Source: Candidatus Eiseniibacteriota bacterium (GTDB taxonomy: Bacteria; Eisenbacteria; RBG-16-71-46). Taken from it: 64,000 bases of DNA. The translations under genes were made by a program, and so were the position numbers. Numbering within the stretch: the stretch's first letter is position 1; each line of letters opens with the position of its first letter. This document shows, piece by piece, positions 54,262-63,859 of this stretch. The notes beneath the pieces are model-generated. The model was not told the origin of the DNA. It saw nothing but the letters and a program-made list of their open reading frames with translations, and searched no databases. Where the stretch lies: contig JBGPFC010000020.1 of NCBI GenBank assembly GCA_041483195.1, positions 9,855-73,854 of the forward strand, given 5' to 3'.

Positions 54262-55098
54262 ATGATTCGCGATGTACTGAAGCGGTTCGCACATGGCACT
54301 TCGCTGGGGCGGGTGGCGTTTCGGGCGTACATCGTCGCTGGCAACTATCGCGGGGCGGCGTTGCGGCGGCCGGTCGAGACGCTGTGGTACGTGCTCGTGG
54401 ATCCGGAGATCACGAACTTCACTTACGAGATCGGGAACTACGACGAGTTGAGCGCGTTTCTGGCGGCGGCGCTCGATCGCGGCGTTGAAGAAATCGAGCG
54501 CTACGTCCGGGAGCTGCGCGGCGACCGGGAGCTTGCGGAGCGGCTCTCGAGGCGGCTCGCGACGCGCGCGGATCGCCGCCACGTGCCGCTGTTCGGGCGT
54601 CGCGTCGGGTGGTACTGCGTGGTGCGCGCCCTCAGGCCGCGGCTGGTGGTCGAGACCGGGGTCGCGGATGGGCTGGGCTCGGCCGCGCTGCTGCGCGCGC
54701 TCGAGCGCAATCGGGCCGAGGGTTTTCCGGGACGGCTGGTGGGCTTCGATTTGCTCCCGGACGCGGGGTGGATGCTCGACGACGCGCTGCGGGCGGACTA
54801 CGAGCTGGTGATCGAGGATTCGAAGGTCGCGATGCCTCGGGTGCTCGAAGACCGGGCGGTGGACCTCTTCATTCACGATAGCGACCATCACTACGAGCAC
54901 GAGCAGACGGAGTATCGCCTCGTCGCCCCGCATCTCGCTCCGGGCGCCGTCGTCCTGAGCGACAACGCGCACGCGGTGCAGGCGCTCGAGCAATTCTCGA
55001 ACGCCGAGGGCCGACGCTTCGCGTTCTTCCACGAGCGACCGGTTCGGCATTTCTATCCCGGAGGCGGGATCGGTCTCTCCACGCCGATCGCGCGCTGA
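54262..55098 (+). CDS. Class I SAM methyltransferase (Methyltransf_24-like)
   Basis: VVETGV..G, FIHDSDH and SDN motifs. Confidence 0.88.
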   Translation: MIRDVLKRFAHGTSLGRVAFRAYIVAGNYRGAALRRPVETLWYVLVDPEITNFTYEIGNYDELSAFLAAALDRGVEEIERYVRELRGDRELAERLSRRLATRADRRHVPLFGRRVGWYCVVRALRPRLVVETGVADGLGSAALLRALERNRAEGFPGRLVGFDLLPDAGWMLDDALRADYELVIEDSKVAMPRVLEDRAVDLFIHDSDHHYEHEQTEYRLVAPHLAPGAVVLSDNAHAVQALEQFSNAEGRRFAFFHERPVRHFYPGGGIGLSTPIAR

Positions 55099-55332
55099 GC
55101 GCCTCCGCGCGAAGATTTCCCGTCATCACGTTGAAAACTCCGGCACAAGCACGACGTGCGCGGCCCGGCGCTACCCCAGCGCGGCAGCACTTGGGCCGCG
55201 CGCGTGGTCGCGTGCGCGCGCGGGCCGATACGATTGTCGTCGACGAAGCGCCCGCTCGCGCGGGACGCGGCGTCACTGGGATTGGCCGCCCGCTTCGACC
55301 TCAACCGCGCCGTCGCGACGGCACGCCCGGCC

Positions 55333-56382
55333 ATGCCCACTCCGCGCACCGACATCCACATGGCGCAACGCGGCCCGGCTCACGGGGCGCCTCGCGGCAC
55401 GAGCGCCGTCGCCGGCGCGATCCTCTCGCCCGCCTCGCTGATCGCGCTGTGCGCGGCGATCGCCGCAGCTTCGGGGTTGCTTCACGCCATGCTGGTGGAC
55501 GGACCCGCGCACGACGGGCAGGTCGACGCCCATCTCCTGTTGATCACGGGGCGCGGGCCGTATCCCGACCAGTACCGCATCCTGAGCTTCCTGCTGGCCG
55601 AGGGCCTCATGCGCCTCGGAGTCCCATTCTCGCTCTCGTACCAGCTCCCGCGCTTCGTCTTCACGGCCGCGAGTCTCTACGTGTTCCACGAATACCTGCG
55701 CGGGTTCGTGCGCCCCTCCCTCGCGCTGCTCGGACTTTTCATGCTCGCCGCCGCGCTGCCGCTCACGTTCCTGTTCTACAGCATGCAGCCCTCGGATCCG
55801 CTCAACATGCTGGTGTTCTTCCTCGGGTTCTGGGCGCTCGCCCGTTACCGCGACGAGTGGCTGGTTCCGCTCACGGCGGTGGGCGTACTCAATCGCGAGA
55901 CCGCGCTGCTGCTGCCGCTGCTGCAGGCGCTGGTGCGCGTGCGACGCGCCCCGCCCGCGCGATGGCTTCCCTCCTTCTGCCTCGCCTCGCTCGCCGGAGT
56001 CGCCGGGTACGCGGGTCTGCGCGTCGTGTTCGGGCTGCGGCCGGCATACGCGCCGGTCTTCCCCCCGGTCTACTGGCGGGCGAACGCGATCGATCGCGCG
56101 ACCTGGATCCAGCTCGCGGGCTTCTTCAATCTCACGCTGTGGATGGGGTGGCGCGCGTGGCGCGTCCAGCCCGAGTTCCTGAGGCGCGCGGTCTGGCTCG
56201 TCCCGCTGTTCCTCGTGATCCACTTCAGCGTGGGAAACGTGCGCGAGGTGCGTTACTTCCTGCCGCTGCTCCCGGTGCTGGTGCCGATCACGCTGATCGC
56301 GCTCGAGCGAGCCGAGGAGGCGCAGACCCGGCCCAGCTCAGCGCCGGCCGCGCCGCCCGCCCGCGAGCGCGTCGCGGGCTGA
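55333..56382 (+). CDS. Polytopic membrane protein (possible GT-C fold)
   Basis: About 9 TM segments; P.QYR, NRET and E.RYFLP patterns; start uncertain. Confidence 0.7.
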   Translation: MPTPRTDIHMAQRGPAHGAPRGTSAVAGAILSPASLIALCAAIAAASGLLHAMLVDGPAHDGQVDAHLLLITGRGPYPDQYRILSFLLAEGLMRLGVPFSLSYQLPRFVFTAASLYVFHEYLRGFVRPSLALLGLFMLAAALPLTFLFYSMQPSDPLNMLVFFLGFWALARYRDEWLVPLTAVGVLNRETALLLPLLQALVRVRRAPPARWLPSFCLASLAGVAGYAGLRVVFGLRPAYAPVFPPVYWRANAIDRATWIQLAGFFNLTLWMGWRAWRVQPEFLRRAVWLVPLFLVIHFSVGNVREVRYFLPLLPVLVPITLIALERAEEAQTRPSSAPAAPPARERVAG

Positions 56383-56422
56383 GGACCCGAGGGCCTCAGT
56401 TCCCGGCGAGCGCGTCGCGGGG

Positions 56423-57550
56423 CTATTCGACGCTCTGCGTCGTGGTGCGGAATCCCGAGATCCGCCACGACCCGCCGCGCTGCTCGAAGGTCACGCGGTA
56501 GGCCTCGTCGCGGCCATGGAAGAACACCATCTCGCGCGCGGTCTCGTCGGTGGAGGGAGCCACGCGCCATTCGCCCTTCGACGTTCCCCACTGGAGCCGG
56601 CGCGCGGCCTCGACCCAGGATGGATCGGTGACGAGCTGCCACGCCCTCGAGCGATCGTCCACCGCCAGCGCCTGAAGGAACTCGGCGAAGGTCGAGTACG
56701 GGGACGATATCGATTCGTCCGAGACGCGCTCGAAGCCCTGCGCGCCCCAGTGGAAACGGTGCACGTGGTAAACGTGCGGACAGGTCGGGCACTCGTCGAA
56801 TCGCGGGGCGGGGCGGTAGGTGCGGGCGACGAGGTCGATGGCCGTGTCGCTCGATGCCTCGAACTCGCCGGTGCCGGTGCCGCCGAGCGAATCCGGGCCG
56901 AGCGTTTGCACCAGCGTCGCGTGTCCGCCTCCGAGGGTCCAGACCATGGCGAGCAGCTGCTGTCCGATCGCGCTGCGCCGCCCGAACAGCAGGGCGACGC
57001 TCGCGGGGCCGGGCGGTTTCGGCGGATCGCCCCACAGCCCGCGCGCGGTCACCGCGACCAGCTTGAGCCCGCGCCCCTCGAGCGGCTGGGCGAGCACGCT
57101 CTTCGGCCCGCACCAGAAGAGCCACGGCCACGCCCCCTGATCGGGATCGGAGCGCGCGAAGAAGTTGACGACCAGCGCGCAGCGGGTGCTCGCGGTCTCG
57201 GCGCCGACGCCGAGCGAATCGAGCACGGTGCGCGCCCGGCTCTCCCAGTTCATCGTGGGATCGATCCGCGTCCGCGTCATGAGATCCGCCAGCACGAAGC
57301 GCGCGGACAGCCGCGCCGCCTCCTCGCCCGCCCCGGGCGCCTCCCACCTGAGCTGCAGATCGCGCGCGATCACCGCGATCGAATCGACCGAGAGCGTGGT
57401 GGTGGAGTCCGCCTGGAGCGGGACGAATCGCGAGCGGCGCTGGCATCCGCACCCGGCGAGGGCGAGACACGCGAGCGCCGCCGCCACGAGGATGCGTGCC
57501 GGGCGCGGCGCGGCGTGCGCCGGCGAGACGGCTGCGCGCGGCGTGGTCAC
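56423..57550 (-). CDS. Hypothetical lipoprotein with F.EC..CPH motif
   Basis: GTGA overlap with upstream gene; lipobox LAGC; paralog of the 57547-58701 gene. Confidence 0.75.
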   Translation of the reverse strand: MTTPRAAVSPAHAAPRPARILVAAALACLALAGCGCQRRSRFVPLQADSTTTLSVDSIAVIARDLQLRWEAPGAGEEAARLSARFVLADLMTRTRIDPTMNWESRARTVLDSLGVGAETASTRCALVVNFFARSDPDQGAWPWLFWCGPKSVLAQPLEGRGLKLVAVTARGLWGDPPKPPGPASVALLFGRRSAIGQQLLAMVWTLGGGHATLVQTLGPDSLGGTGTGEFEASSDTAIDLVARTYRPAPRFDECPTCPHVYHVHRFHWGAQGFERVSDESISSPYSTFAEFLQALAVDDRSRAWQLVTDPSWVEAARRLQWGTSKGEWRVAPSTDETAREMVFFHGRDEAYRVTFEQRGGSWRISGFRTTTQSVE

Positions 57551-58701
57551 CGCGATCCCGGCGCGGCGCCGGCCGCCGGCCTGGTCAGCGGCAACCAGTC
57601 CTTGATCACCCAGCGGCTGTCCTTCTGGGTGAAGTGCACGATCCACTTCTGATCGCCCTTCGGCCCGCGAAATCGCACCTCGAACCAGGTGGGCCACTGG
57701 CGCTCGTTCTCCGTGTACTCGACCTTCCACAGCCCGCGACCGCTGCCGGTGTTCCATCCGTGCGCGATCGCCTCGCCGAGCTTCGACGGGTCGTTCAGCA
57801 GCCGCGCGGCGGCGGCGCGGTTCGAATCGCGCAGCAGGCGGATGAAGAGCGTGAAGTCGGCGTACGCCGACGGAATCAGGCGGGTATCGTGCAGCTCGTA
57901 GCCCTGCGGGCCTTCGGTGTAGAGCAGTTCGCTGATCAGGTGCGGGCAACTGGTGCACTCCTGGAAGATCGAATCGGCGGGGGTCGTGGCCCACGCCATG
58001 AGCTCGGGCCGCCCGTCGTGATTGATGTCGAGGAAAGTAGCCTGGTAGGCGAGGCTGAGATTGGGGCCCTCGCCCTCGTACTGGCTCGCGCTCCAGAATG
58101 CGCCGTTCGGACTCATCCTGAGCAGGGTGAAGGTGAGCGAATCCGCGTAGGCCGCGTGGTGCAGGATCGCCCACTTGTATGGCGCCGTGGTGTCCGACGT
58201 CCACCACACGCACACGCGCGGATCGAAGCCGCCGCGGAACGCCACCCCCTGCGAGCGCAGCTCCGACCCCTTGTACCAGAACAGGAAGCCCACGGCTTCG
58301 GCCTTGGTCCGGAACGGATTGCGCACCATGAGCAGCAGGAATTCCGGTTGCGCCGGATCGATGGCGACGCTGACCTCGAGCCCCAGCGAATCGAAGACGG
58401 CCTGCATCACGGTGGCCTGGGGCATGTTCTCGCGCCCCAGCGCCTGCAGCATGCGCCGCGCCATGCGGCTCACGAGCACGTAGGCGTCGAGGTTGGATCC
58501 ACCGATGCTGTCGCCGACGTTGGCGCGGAAATGCTCGCGCGCCTGCGAAGCCCACACCATCAGGGAGTCGGACTTCGCGGGCGACCAGGGCTGGATGAGC
58601 TGCGCGCGCGAAGGCGCGGGCGCGAGCACGAGCGCGCAGCCGGTCGAAACCGCGATGGCCAGCAGGGTCGCGCGAAGGGCGCCGCGCAGGGTAGGAGTCA
58701 T
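57547..58701 (-). CDS. Hypothetical secreted protein with F.EC..CPH motif
   Basis: Signal peptide SRA-Q; DINHDG loop; host-like codon usage. Confidence 0.78.
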   Translation of the reverse strand: MTPTLRGALRATLLAIAVSTGCALVLAPAPSRAQLIQPWSPAKSDSLMVWASQAREHFRANVGDSIGGSNLDAYVLVSRMARRMLQALGRENMPQATVMQAVFDSLGLEVSVAIDPAQPEFLLLMVRNPFRTKAEAVGFLFWYKGSELRSQGVAFRGGFDPRVCVWWTSDTTAPYKWAILHHAAYADSLTFTLLRMSPNGAFWSASQYEGEGPNLSLAYQATFLDINHDGRPELMAWATTPADSIFQECTSCPHLISELLYTEGPQGYELHDTRLIPSAYADFTLFIRLLRDSNRAAAARLLNDPSKLGEAIAHGWNTGSGRGLWKVEYTENERQWPTWFEVRFRGPKGDQKWIVHFTQKDSRWVIKDWLPLTRPAAGAAPGSR

Positions 58702-58760
58702 CGGGACGGAGTTGAAGCGAAGCGGCGCATCGAGGTCAAGATCGAAATCGCGCGCGGCGG

Positions 58761-60104
58761 TCAGGGCGTCGCCGGAGCGCTCCCGGAGGGCGCGGGCGAT
58801 GTCCGGTAGTAGTAAAGCTTGAGCACCGGGCGGTTCGCGACGTTGAAGGCGTTCGGCGAGCCGTAGACCTGGTTCCCCTGAGAGCGCATCGCGTAGCCGA
58901 AGAATCCGGGGAGGCGTGAGAGCGCCTCGAGGTGGGCCGTGAACACGTCGCTCTCGTAGCGGAGCAGACTCGTCGAGGGCACCTGCACACCGTCCGCGAG
59001 CATCGCGTCGTCGTCGACGAACGGCGGGCCCGGGTACCCCAGCACGCAGTTTCCCCACCGGGCACGGACCGCCCAGATGTTCGGCCGGCTGCTGCGGATG
59101 GGCATCATCGTCATCCACAGGGTCGCCCCCGCGAGACGCAGCGTGCTCGCCACCGTGCTCAACGGCCAGCGCAGGGAGCACGAGTAGTTCGGGCCGGTGG
59201 TGAGCGACTCGGGCTGACAGACCCGCTCGCGATACTGAGGGTTGGCGTCCCAGTAGAGCCGGGACCACTCCGAGGCCGCCACCACCATGGAGTCGATCGG
59301 GGTATTCGCCGGCGGGGTCGTGAAGCTCGCGACCGCGCCGTCGAGCCGATCCAGAGTGGATGCGTTGGCGGCGGTGATCGCCCAGAAGTACCGGGTGCCC
59401 AGCGACCAGCGCGTGCGCGGCAGGTAGTACTTCTTCTGCGTCACGCCGATCGGCGCGACGCTGCGCGCGGCGATCGCCGCCGAATCGGCGCCCGCATAAA
59501 CTTCGAACGAGACGTCGAGGTCGGTGAACGGGGGCCCCGACCAGGTCAGGGCGACGAACGGCGACTGGTAGCCCGGGCCGGCGGGCGGATAGGCCGGCTG
59601 CGGGCGGAGCAGGCTGCTGACGGTGAACTGCCACGAGACGCTCTGCCCGAGCGGGTGTCCGTCCACGGTCGAGATCGTCGCCGAGAGCTCGACCGTGTAC
59701 GTCTCGTAGAGCGTGAGCGGCTGGTCCGGCACCACGCGAATGCGGCGGGTCGCGGGGTCGTACCACACCGTGATGGGCTGGCGCACGGTTTCGATCTTGA
59801 GGAATACGGTGCGCACGTTCACCGTCGCCGTGTCGAGCTGTTGCGCGAACTCCACGAAGATGTCGGTGTCGTACACCACGCCGGTGCTGAGCGCGGGCGG
59901 TTGCAGCTTGGTGATCTGGGGCGAGATGCCGGGCGCGGCCGGCGCGTCCGGCGGCGGCCGCTTGATCGTGTTGCATCCCGGCACCATCGCCAGCGCGATC
60001 ATCACGACCAGCGCCGCGCACCGTGCCCATCCGGGGGCGCGGCTCGGGGCGTGGGGCGGCGCGGGACCGGGGTCCGGGAGTGGGAATCGAGGGGCAGCGC
60101 TCAT
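58761..60104 (-). CDS. Lipoprotein with SbsA/Big_5 Ig-like domain (paralog 2)
   Basis: Lipobox-like VPGC; F...LD.ATVN, L.....YTVEL and W.FT patterns. Confidence 0.8.
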   Translation of the reverse strand: MSAAPRFPLPDPGPAPPHAPSRAPGWARCAALVVMIALAMVPGCNTIKRPPPDAPAAPGISPQITKLQPPALSTGVVYDTDIFVEFAQQLDTATVNVRTVFLKIETVRQPITVWYDPATRRIRVVPDQPLTLYETYTVELSATISTVDGHPLGQSVSWQFTVSSLLRPQPAYPPAGPGYQSPFVALTWSGPPFTDLDVSFEVYAGADSAAIAARSVAPIGVTQKKYYLPRTRWSLGTRYFWAITAANASTLDRLDGAVASFTTPPANTPIDSMVVAASEWSRLYWDANPQYRERVCQPESLTTGPNYSCSLRWPLSTVASTLRLAGATLWMTMMPIRSSRPNIWAVRARWGNCVLGYPGPPFVDDDAMLADGVQVPSTSLLRYESDVFTAHLEALSRLPGFFGYAMRSQGNQVYGSPNAFNVANRPVLKLYYYRTSPAPSGSAPATP

Positions 60105-61393
60105 GGCTGCACCCGTGCGCCGGTCGCCGGCGCGGCTATCGTCCAGTAGTAGTAGAGCCGGAGCGTCGGGCGGATCGCGCCGTTGAGGCTGTTCGGCGAG
60201 CCGTACGTCTGGTCGCCGCTCGAGCGCAGCACGTAGCCGGAGAATCCGGAGAACCGCGCCGAGGCCTCGAGGTGAGCGGTGAACAGGCCGCTCTCGTAGC
60301 GGAGCACGTTGGTCGCCCCCACCCGCACGCCGTCGGCGAGCTTCGCGTCGTCGTCGGCGAACGGCGGCCCGGGGTAGTTCAGCGCGCAGGTTCCCCACGT
60401 GGAGCGGGCCCCCCAGATGCTCGGGCTGTTGTCGCCGATCGGGCTCATCCGCATCGTGAGCACGGCCCCCGCGAGGCGGAGGGGTTGCGGGATGTTTTTC
60501 AACGGCCAGCGCATCTCGCACACGTTGAGCGGCCCGCTGGTGAGCGATTCGGGCCTGCAGGCGAGGAAGCGGTTCTCCGGGATCGCAGCGTCCCAGTGCA
60601 GGTAGGCCCACTCCGATGCGGCGACCACCATGGAGTCGATCCGCGAGCTGAACGGCACGGTCGAGAAGCTCGCGGTCCTGCCGACCAGGCGGAATCCGGT
60701 ACGTGAGTTCGTCGCGCTGACCGCCCAGAAATATCGTGTGGCCTGCTTCCAGGGGACGGCCGGCAGGTAGTACGCCTTCCGGGTCACCCCGATCGGGGCC
60801 ACCCGGCGCGTCGCGATCGCAGTCGAATCGGTGCCCGCGTACACCTCGCACGAAACGTCCGCCTCCAACCCCGAGGATGCCGACCATGTGAGCGCACAGT
60901 ATGGCGACTCGTATACCGCGCCGCCGGAGGGGCCGGTGGGATCCGGGCCGATGAGACTGCTGACGGTGAACTGCCAGAGGACCTTCTGCCCGAGGGGATG
61001 CCCTTCGGCCGTCGAGACGCCGGGAGCGAGCTCGACCGTGTAATTCGCGCGAAGTCTGAGCGGCTGCAAGGGAAACAGCTGAATGCGGCGGGCCGCGGCC
61101 TGGTAGACCACCGTGATGGGCTGGCGCACGGTCTCGATCTTGAGGAAGACGGTGTGGTCGTTCACCGTCGCCGGGTCGAGCGGATCGGCGAACGTCGCCG
61201 AGATCTCGGATTCGTACGGGACCGTTGCGCTCAAGGGAACCGGAAACAACGAGGCGACCCGCGGCGGCGCGCCCGGGAACGAAGCTTCCGGCGCGATCGG
61301 CGCCCGCTTGATCGTGTTGCATCCGGGCGCCACCGCCAGTGCGATCATCACGACCAGCGCCGCCCGCCTGGTCGATCCGCGAGGGCCGATCAT
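60101..61393 (-). CDS. Lipoprotein with SbsA/Big_5 Ig-like domain (paralog 1)
   Basis: Lipobox-like APGC; same architecture as paralog 2; ATGA overlaps on both sides. Confidence 0.8.
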   Translation of the reverse strand: MIGPRGSTRRAALVVMIALAVAPGCNTIKRAPIAPEASFPGAPPRVASLFPVPLSATVPYESEISATFADPLDPATVNDHTVFLKIETVRQPITVVYQAAARRIQLFPLQPLRLRANYTVELAPGVSTAEGHPLGQKVLWQFTVSSLIGPDPTGPSGGAVYESPYCALTWSASSGLEADVSCEVYAGTDSTAIATRRVAPIGVTRKAYYLPAVPWKQATRYFWAVSATNSRTGFRLVGRTASFSTVPFSSRIDSMVVAASEWAYLHWDAAIPENRFLACRPESLTSGPLNVCEMRWPLKNIPQPLRLAGAVLTMRMSPIGDNSPSIWGARSTWGTCALNYPGPPFADDDAKLADGVRVGATNVLRYESGLFTAHLEASARFSGFSGYVLRSSGDQTYGSPNSLNGAIRPTLRLYYYWTIAAPATGARVQP

Positions 61394-63708
61394 CGGATCA
61401 CCACGAAGCGCCCGACCTGGTGCCCGAGCGCGGAGTCCACCGTGAACAGGTAGATCCCCGACTCCACCTCCTGCCCGTTCCGCGACACCAGGTTCCACGG
61501 CTCCTCGCCGTCCCCGTTCCGCCCGTCGTGCTCGATCTGCACCACGAAGTCTCCCGCCACCGTCCAGATCTTGATAGTGCACAATGCGCGCGGCAGCCCC
61601 ATGAAATCCAGGTGGCGCGTGAGCTGATCCCCGAGCGATTTCGGACGGTCCCAGTCCGAGTACGCCTTGAACGGGTTCGGCACCACCCATGCGCCCTTCC
61701 CATCGGCACGCGAGGCCCCCTGGGGCGTCGCGCGCTTTTCGAAGTCGCCCTGGACCGCGCTCTCGAGCGTGCGGATGTGAAGCTGGCCCGTGTTGTCGCG
61801 CTGGCGGATCTCGTAAACGGTCGTGAGCGCGTAGAGGTAGTCGAACCCGTTCAGCACGTACGGATCCACGAAGAAGTATCGGCCCGGAGGGTAGTGACTC
61901 TGGCCGTACTCGATGAGATCGCGCGGGACGGCGGGGTTGATGACCGAGGACAGCAGGTGCCCGCCGTTCAACGTGTCGAACGCGAAGGTGGTGAGCAGCT
62001 CCCAGTTCTCGTGCGGGGGAACGAGCGACACCCGTCCCCGCCAGTCCTCGATCCGGTAGAGGCGATAGCCCATGAAGCGCGATTCGCCGCGGGCGTCCGT
62101 CGGGATGCTCACGCCTGCGTTGAAGAGGATCTCGGGCAAATTGTCCCACTCGACGCGCACGTAGTGCTCGCCGGCGACGGTGCGATAGTTCGGCGGCGGA
62201 GGCATGATCCCGGGATCGAGCCAGCGCGCGATGGTCTCGTAGCCCCCGGAGCCCGTGCAGTTGCTGCAGTCGGCGTCGGTCCAGATGCACTGACCCGCGT
62301 GATACGTCACGGTCATGTCGGGACGGTTGAGCTCGTCCGTGAACTTGCCGGGACAGTGCGGGTCCATGGCGAACGTGACGCCCGGCGGGGGATCGAGACA
62401 CACCTCGTGACCGTTCTGCCCGCTCTCGCCCGTGAACCATCCCTGGTTCGGGAGATCCGGCAGCAGGTTGAGCTCCGTTCCGTCGAACGAGTCGGCCGCG
62501 AGCGCCATGACGCGGGGAAGGCTGTCGACCCGGTCGGCCACGACGAACGCGGCCGAGAACTCGATCGACTGGCCGGGATCGAGATACGCGAAAGGCCCGC
62601 ACGACAGCAGCACCACGTAGTCGGCCATTTCCTTCGTCGGCGACTCCTCCAGCGTTCCCGCCAGCGCGGCGTAGCGCTCGGCGTCGGTGCTGGGCGCGCC
62701 CCCGGTCCCCGCCGCGATCCCGTTCACGTACACGGACGAGCGAAACGACACGCGCCCGGGCGCGCGTGCGTTGAGCCGTCCCTGCGGGGGCTCGATCAGC
62801 GCGAGCGGATCGATCGTGTGCTCGAGCGGCATCACGGTCACGGCCGGCAGCCCCGAGCCGGGCCGGCCGTCGTAGACCGCGGGAAGCTTCTGCCCGAAGT
62901 ACGCGTAGCATTTCTTGTCGCACGGCCCCGGAGGCGGGCACGGCACCCCGACCCTCGGCCTGCCGCCGCTCGCGACCACGGTCGGGTAGCTCACGTACGC
63001 GATGCGATCGTTCACGTGTCCCGACCGATCGTTGCGCTCTCGCGAGTCGAGATCCGCGAACAGGCCGACGTAGAGCTGCTTCAACCGCCGCGTGCCGTGG
63101 TTGGTGATCGTCCAGGTCACGCCGGCGATGCGGTCGTAGGGCGGCATGTCCCACTGGTAGTCCTCTTCGTGCACGCTCAACCCCAGCGCGCGGTGACGCT
63201 CGCCGTTGGGGTATCCGTACGCGATGGCCTCGGGCCGGTCGTCTGTGTAGTCGGAGGCCGCCGTGTTCTTCGCGAACAGGCCGAGATCCTCGTCCACCTC
63301 GCCGTCGCCGTCGTCGTCCTTGCCGTTGAGGATCTCTTCGTCCTTGCGACCGTCGCCGTCGTCATCCTTCCACCGGTCGGAGCCCCGGCGGCTCTGGCTC
63401 GCCATCCACACGTGGTCGTCGACGGCGGTGGTGGGTCGCCACTCGAGCACCGGGCCTCCGGAGACCGCCGGATCGCCGGACTCGTCGAGCGCGCCCACCC
63501 AGAGCGCCGCGTAGTTCAGCGCCTCGTGCCCGGAATCCGTGGGGTACTCGAACGACGGATCGTTGGAGTAGCCGCGATCGAGAAACGCGTTCCCGATGAT
63601 GCCCGCGTTGGTGACGCGCATGGCGAAGGTGCCGGTGCGCAGCGTCGGACCGTTGTCCCGCACGTCGAGGATCGCGCGCGCGGGGGCCGGGAAGGCCGTG
63701 AGCAACAC
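61390..63708 (-). CDS. Large secreted protein with acidic Ca-binding repeats and T9SS/FlgD-like C-terminal domain
   Basis: DDDGDG..DE repeats; VVPNPF...IKIWTVAG...WNL.SRNG..V.SGIY; true start probably about 63753. Confidence 0.85.
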   Translation of the reverse strand: MLLTAFPAPARAILDVRDNGPTLRTGTFAMRVTNAGIIGNAFLDRGYSNDPSFEYPTDSGHEALNYAALWVGALDESGDPAVSGGPVLEWRPTTAVDDHVWMASQSRRGSDRWKDDDGDGRKDEEILNGKDDDGDGEVDEDLGLFAKNTAASDYTDDRPEAIAYGYPNGERHRALGLSVHEEDYQWDMPPYDRIAGVTWTITNHGTRRLKQLYVGLFADLDSRERNDRSGHVNDRIAYVSYPTVVASGGRPRVGVPCPPPGPCDKKCYAYFGQKLPAVYDGRPGSGLPAVTVMPLEHTIDPLALIEPPQGRLNARAPGRVSFRSSVYVNGIAAGTGGAPSTDAERYAALAGTLEESPTKEMADYVVLLSCGPFAYLDPGQSIEFSAAFVVADRVDSLPRVMALAADSFDGTELNLLPDLPNQGWFTGESGQNGHEVCLDPPPGVTFAMDPHCPGKFTDELNRPDMTVTYHAGQCIWTDADCSNCTGSGGYETIARWLDPGIMPPPPNYRTVAGEHYVRVEWDNLPEILFNAGVSIPTDARGESRFMGYRLYRIEDWRGRVSLVPPHENWELLTTFAFDTLNGGHLLSSVINPAVPRDLIEYGQSHYPPGRYFFVDPYVLNGFDYLYALTTVYEIRQRDNTGQLHIRTLESAVQGDFEKRATPQGASRADGKGAWVVPNPFKAYSDWDRPKSLGDQLTRHLDFMGLPRALCTIKIWTVAGDFVVQIEHDGRNGDGEEPWNLVSRNGQEVESGIYLFTVDSALGHQVGRFVVIR

Positions 63709-63859
63709 GGCCAGCGCGAGAGCGGACCGGCGACAGGACGGACGGATCCCCAGGATGGAGCACCTCCCATTACGAGGAAACGCGGGGGATTCGCAGGCCT
63801 CGTACTCCCCTTAAGGGTAGTGTCGATGCCCCATGCGCGGCAACCCGCGATCCGGCCGG

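Noticed and set aside
56765..57965. c-type heme motifs
   Set aside because: The motifs are CxxCPH, not CxxCH.
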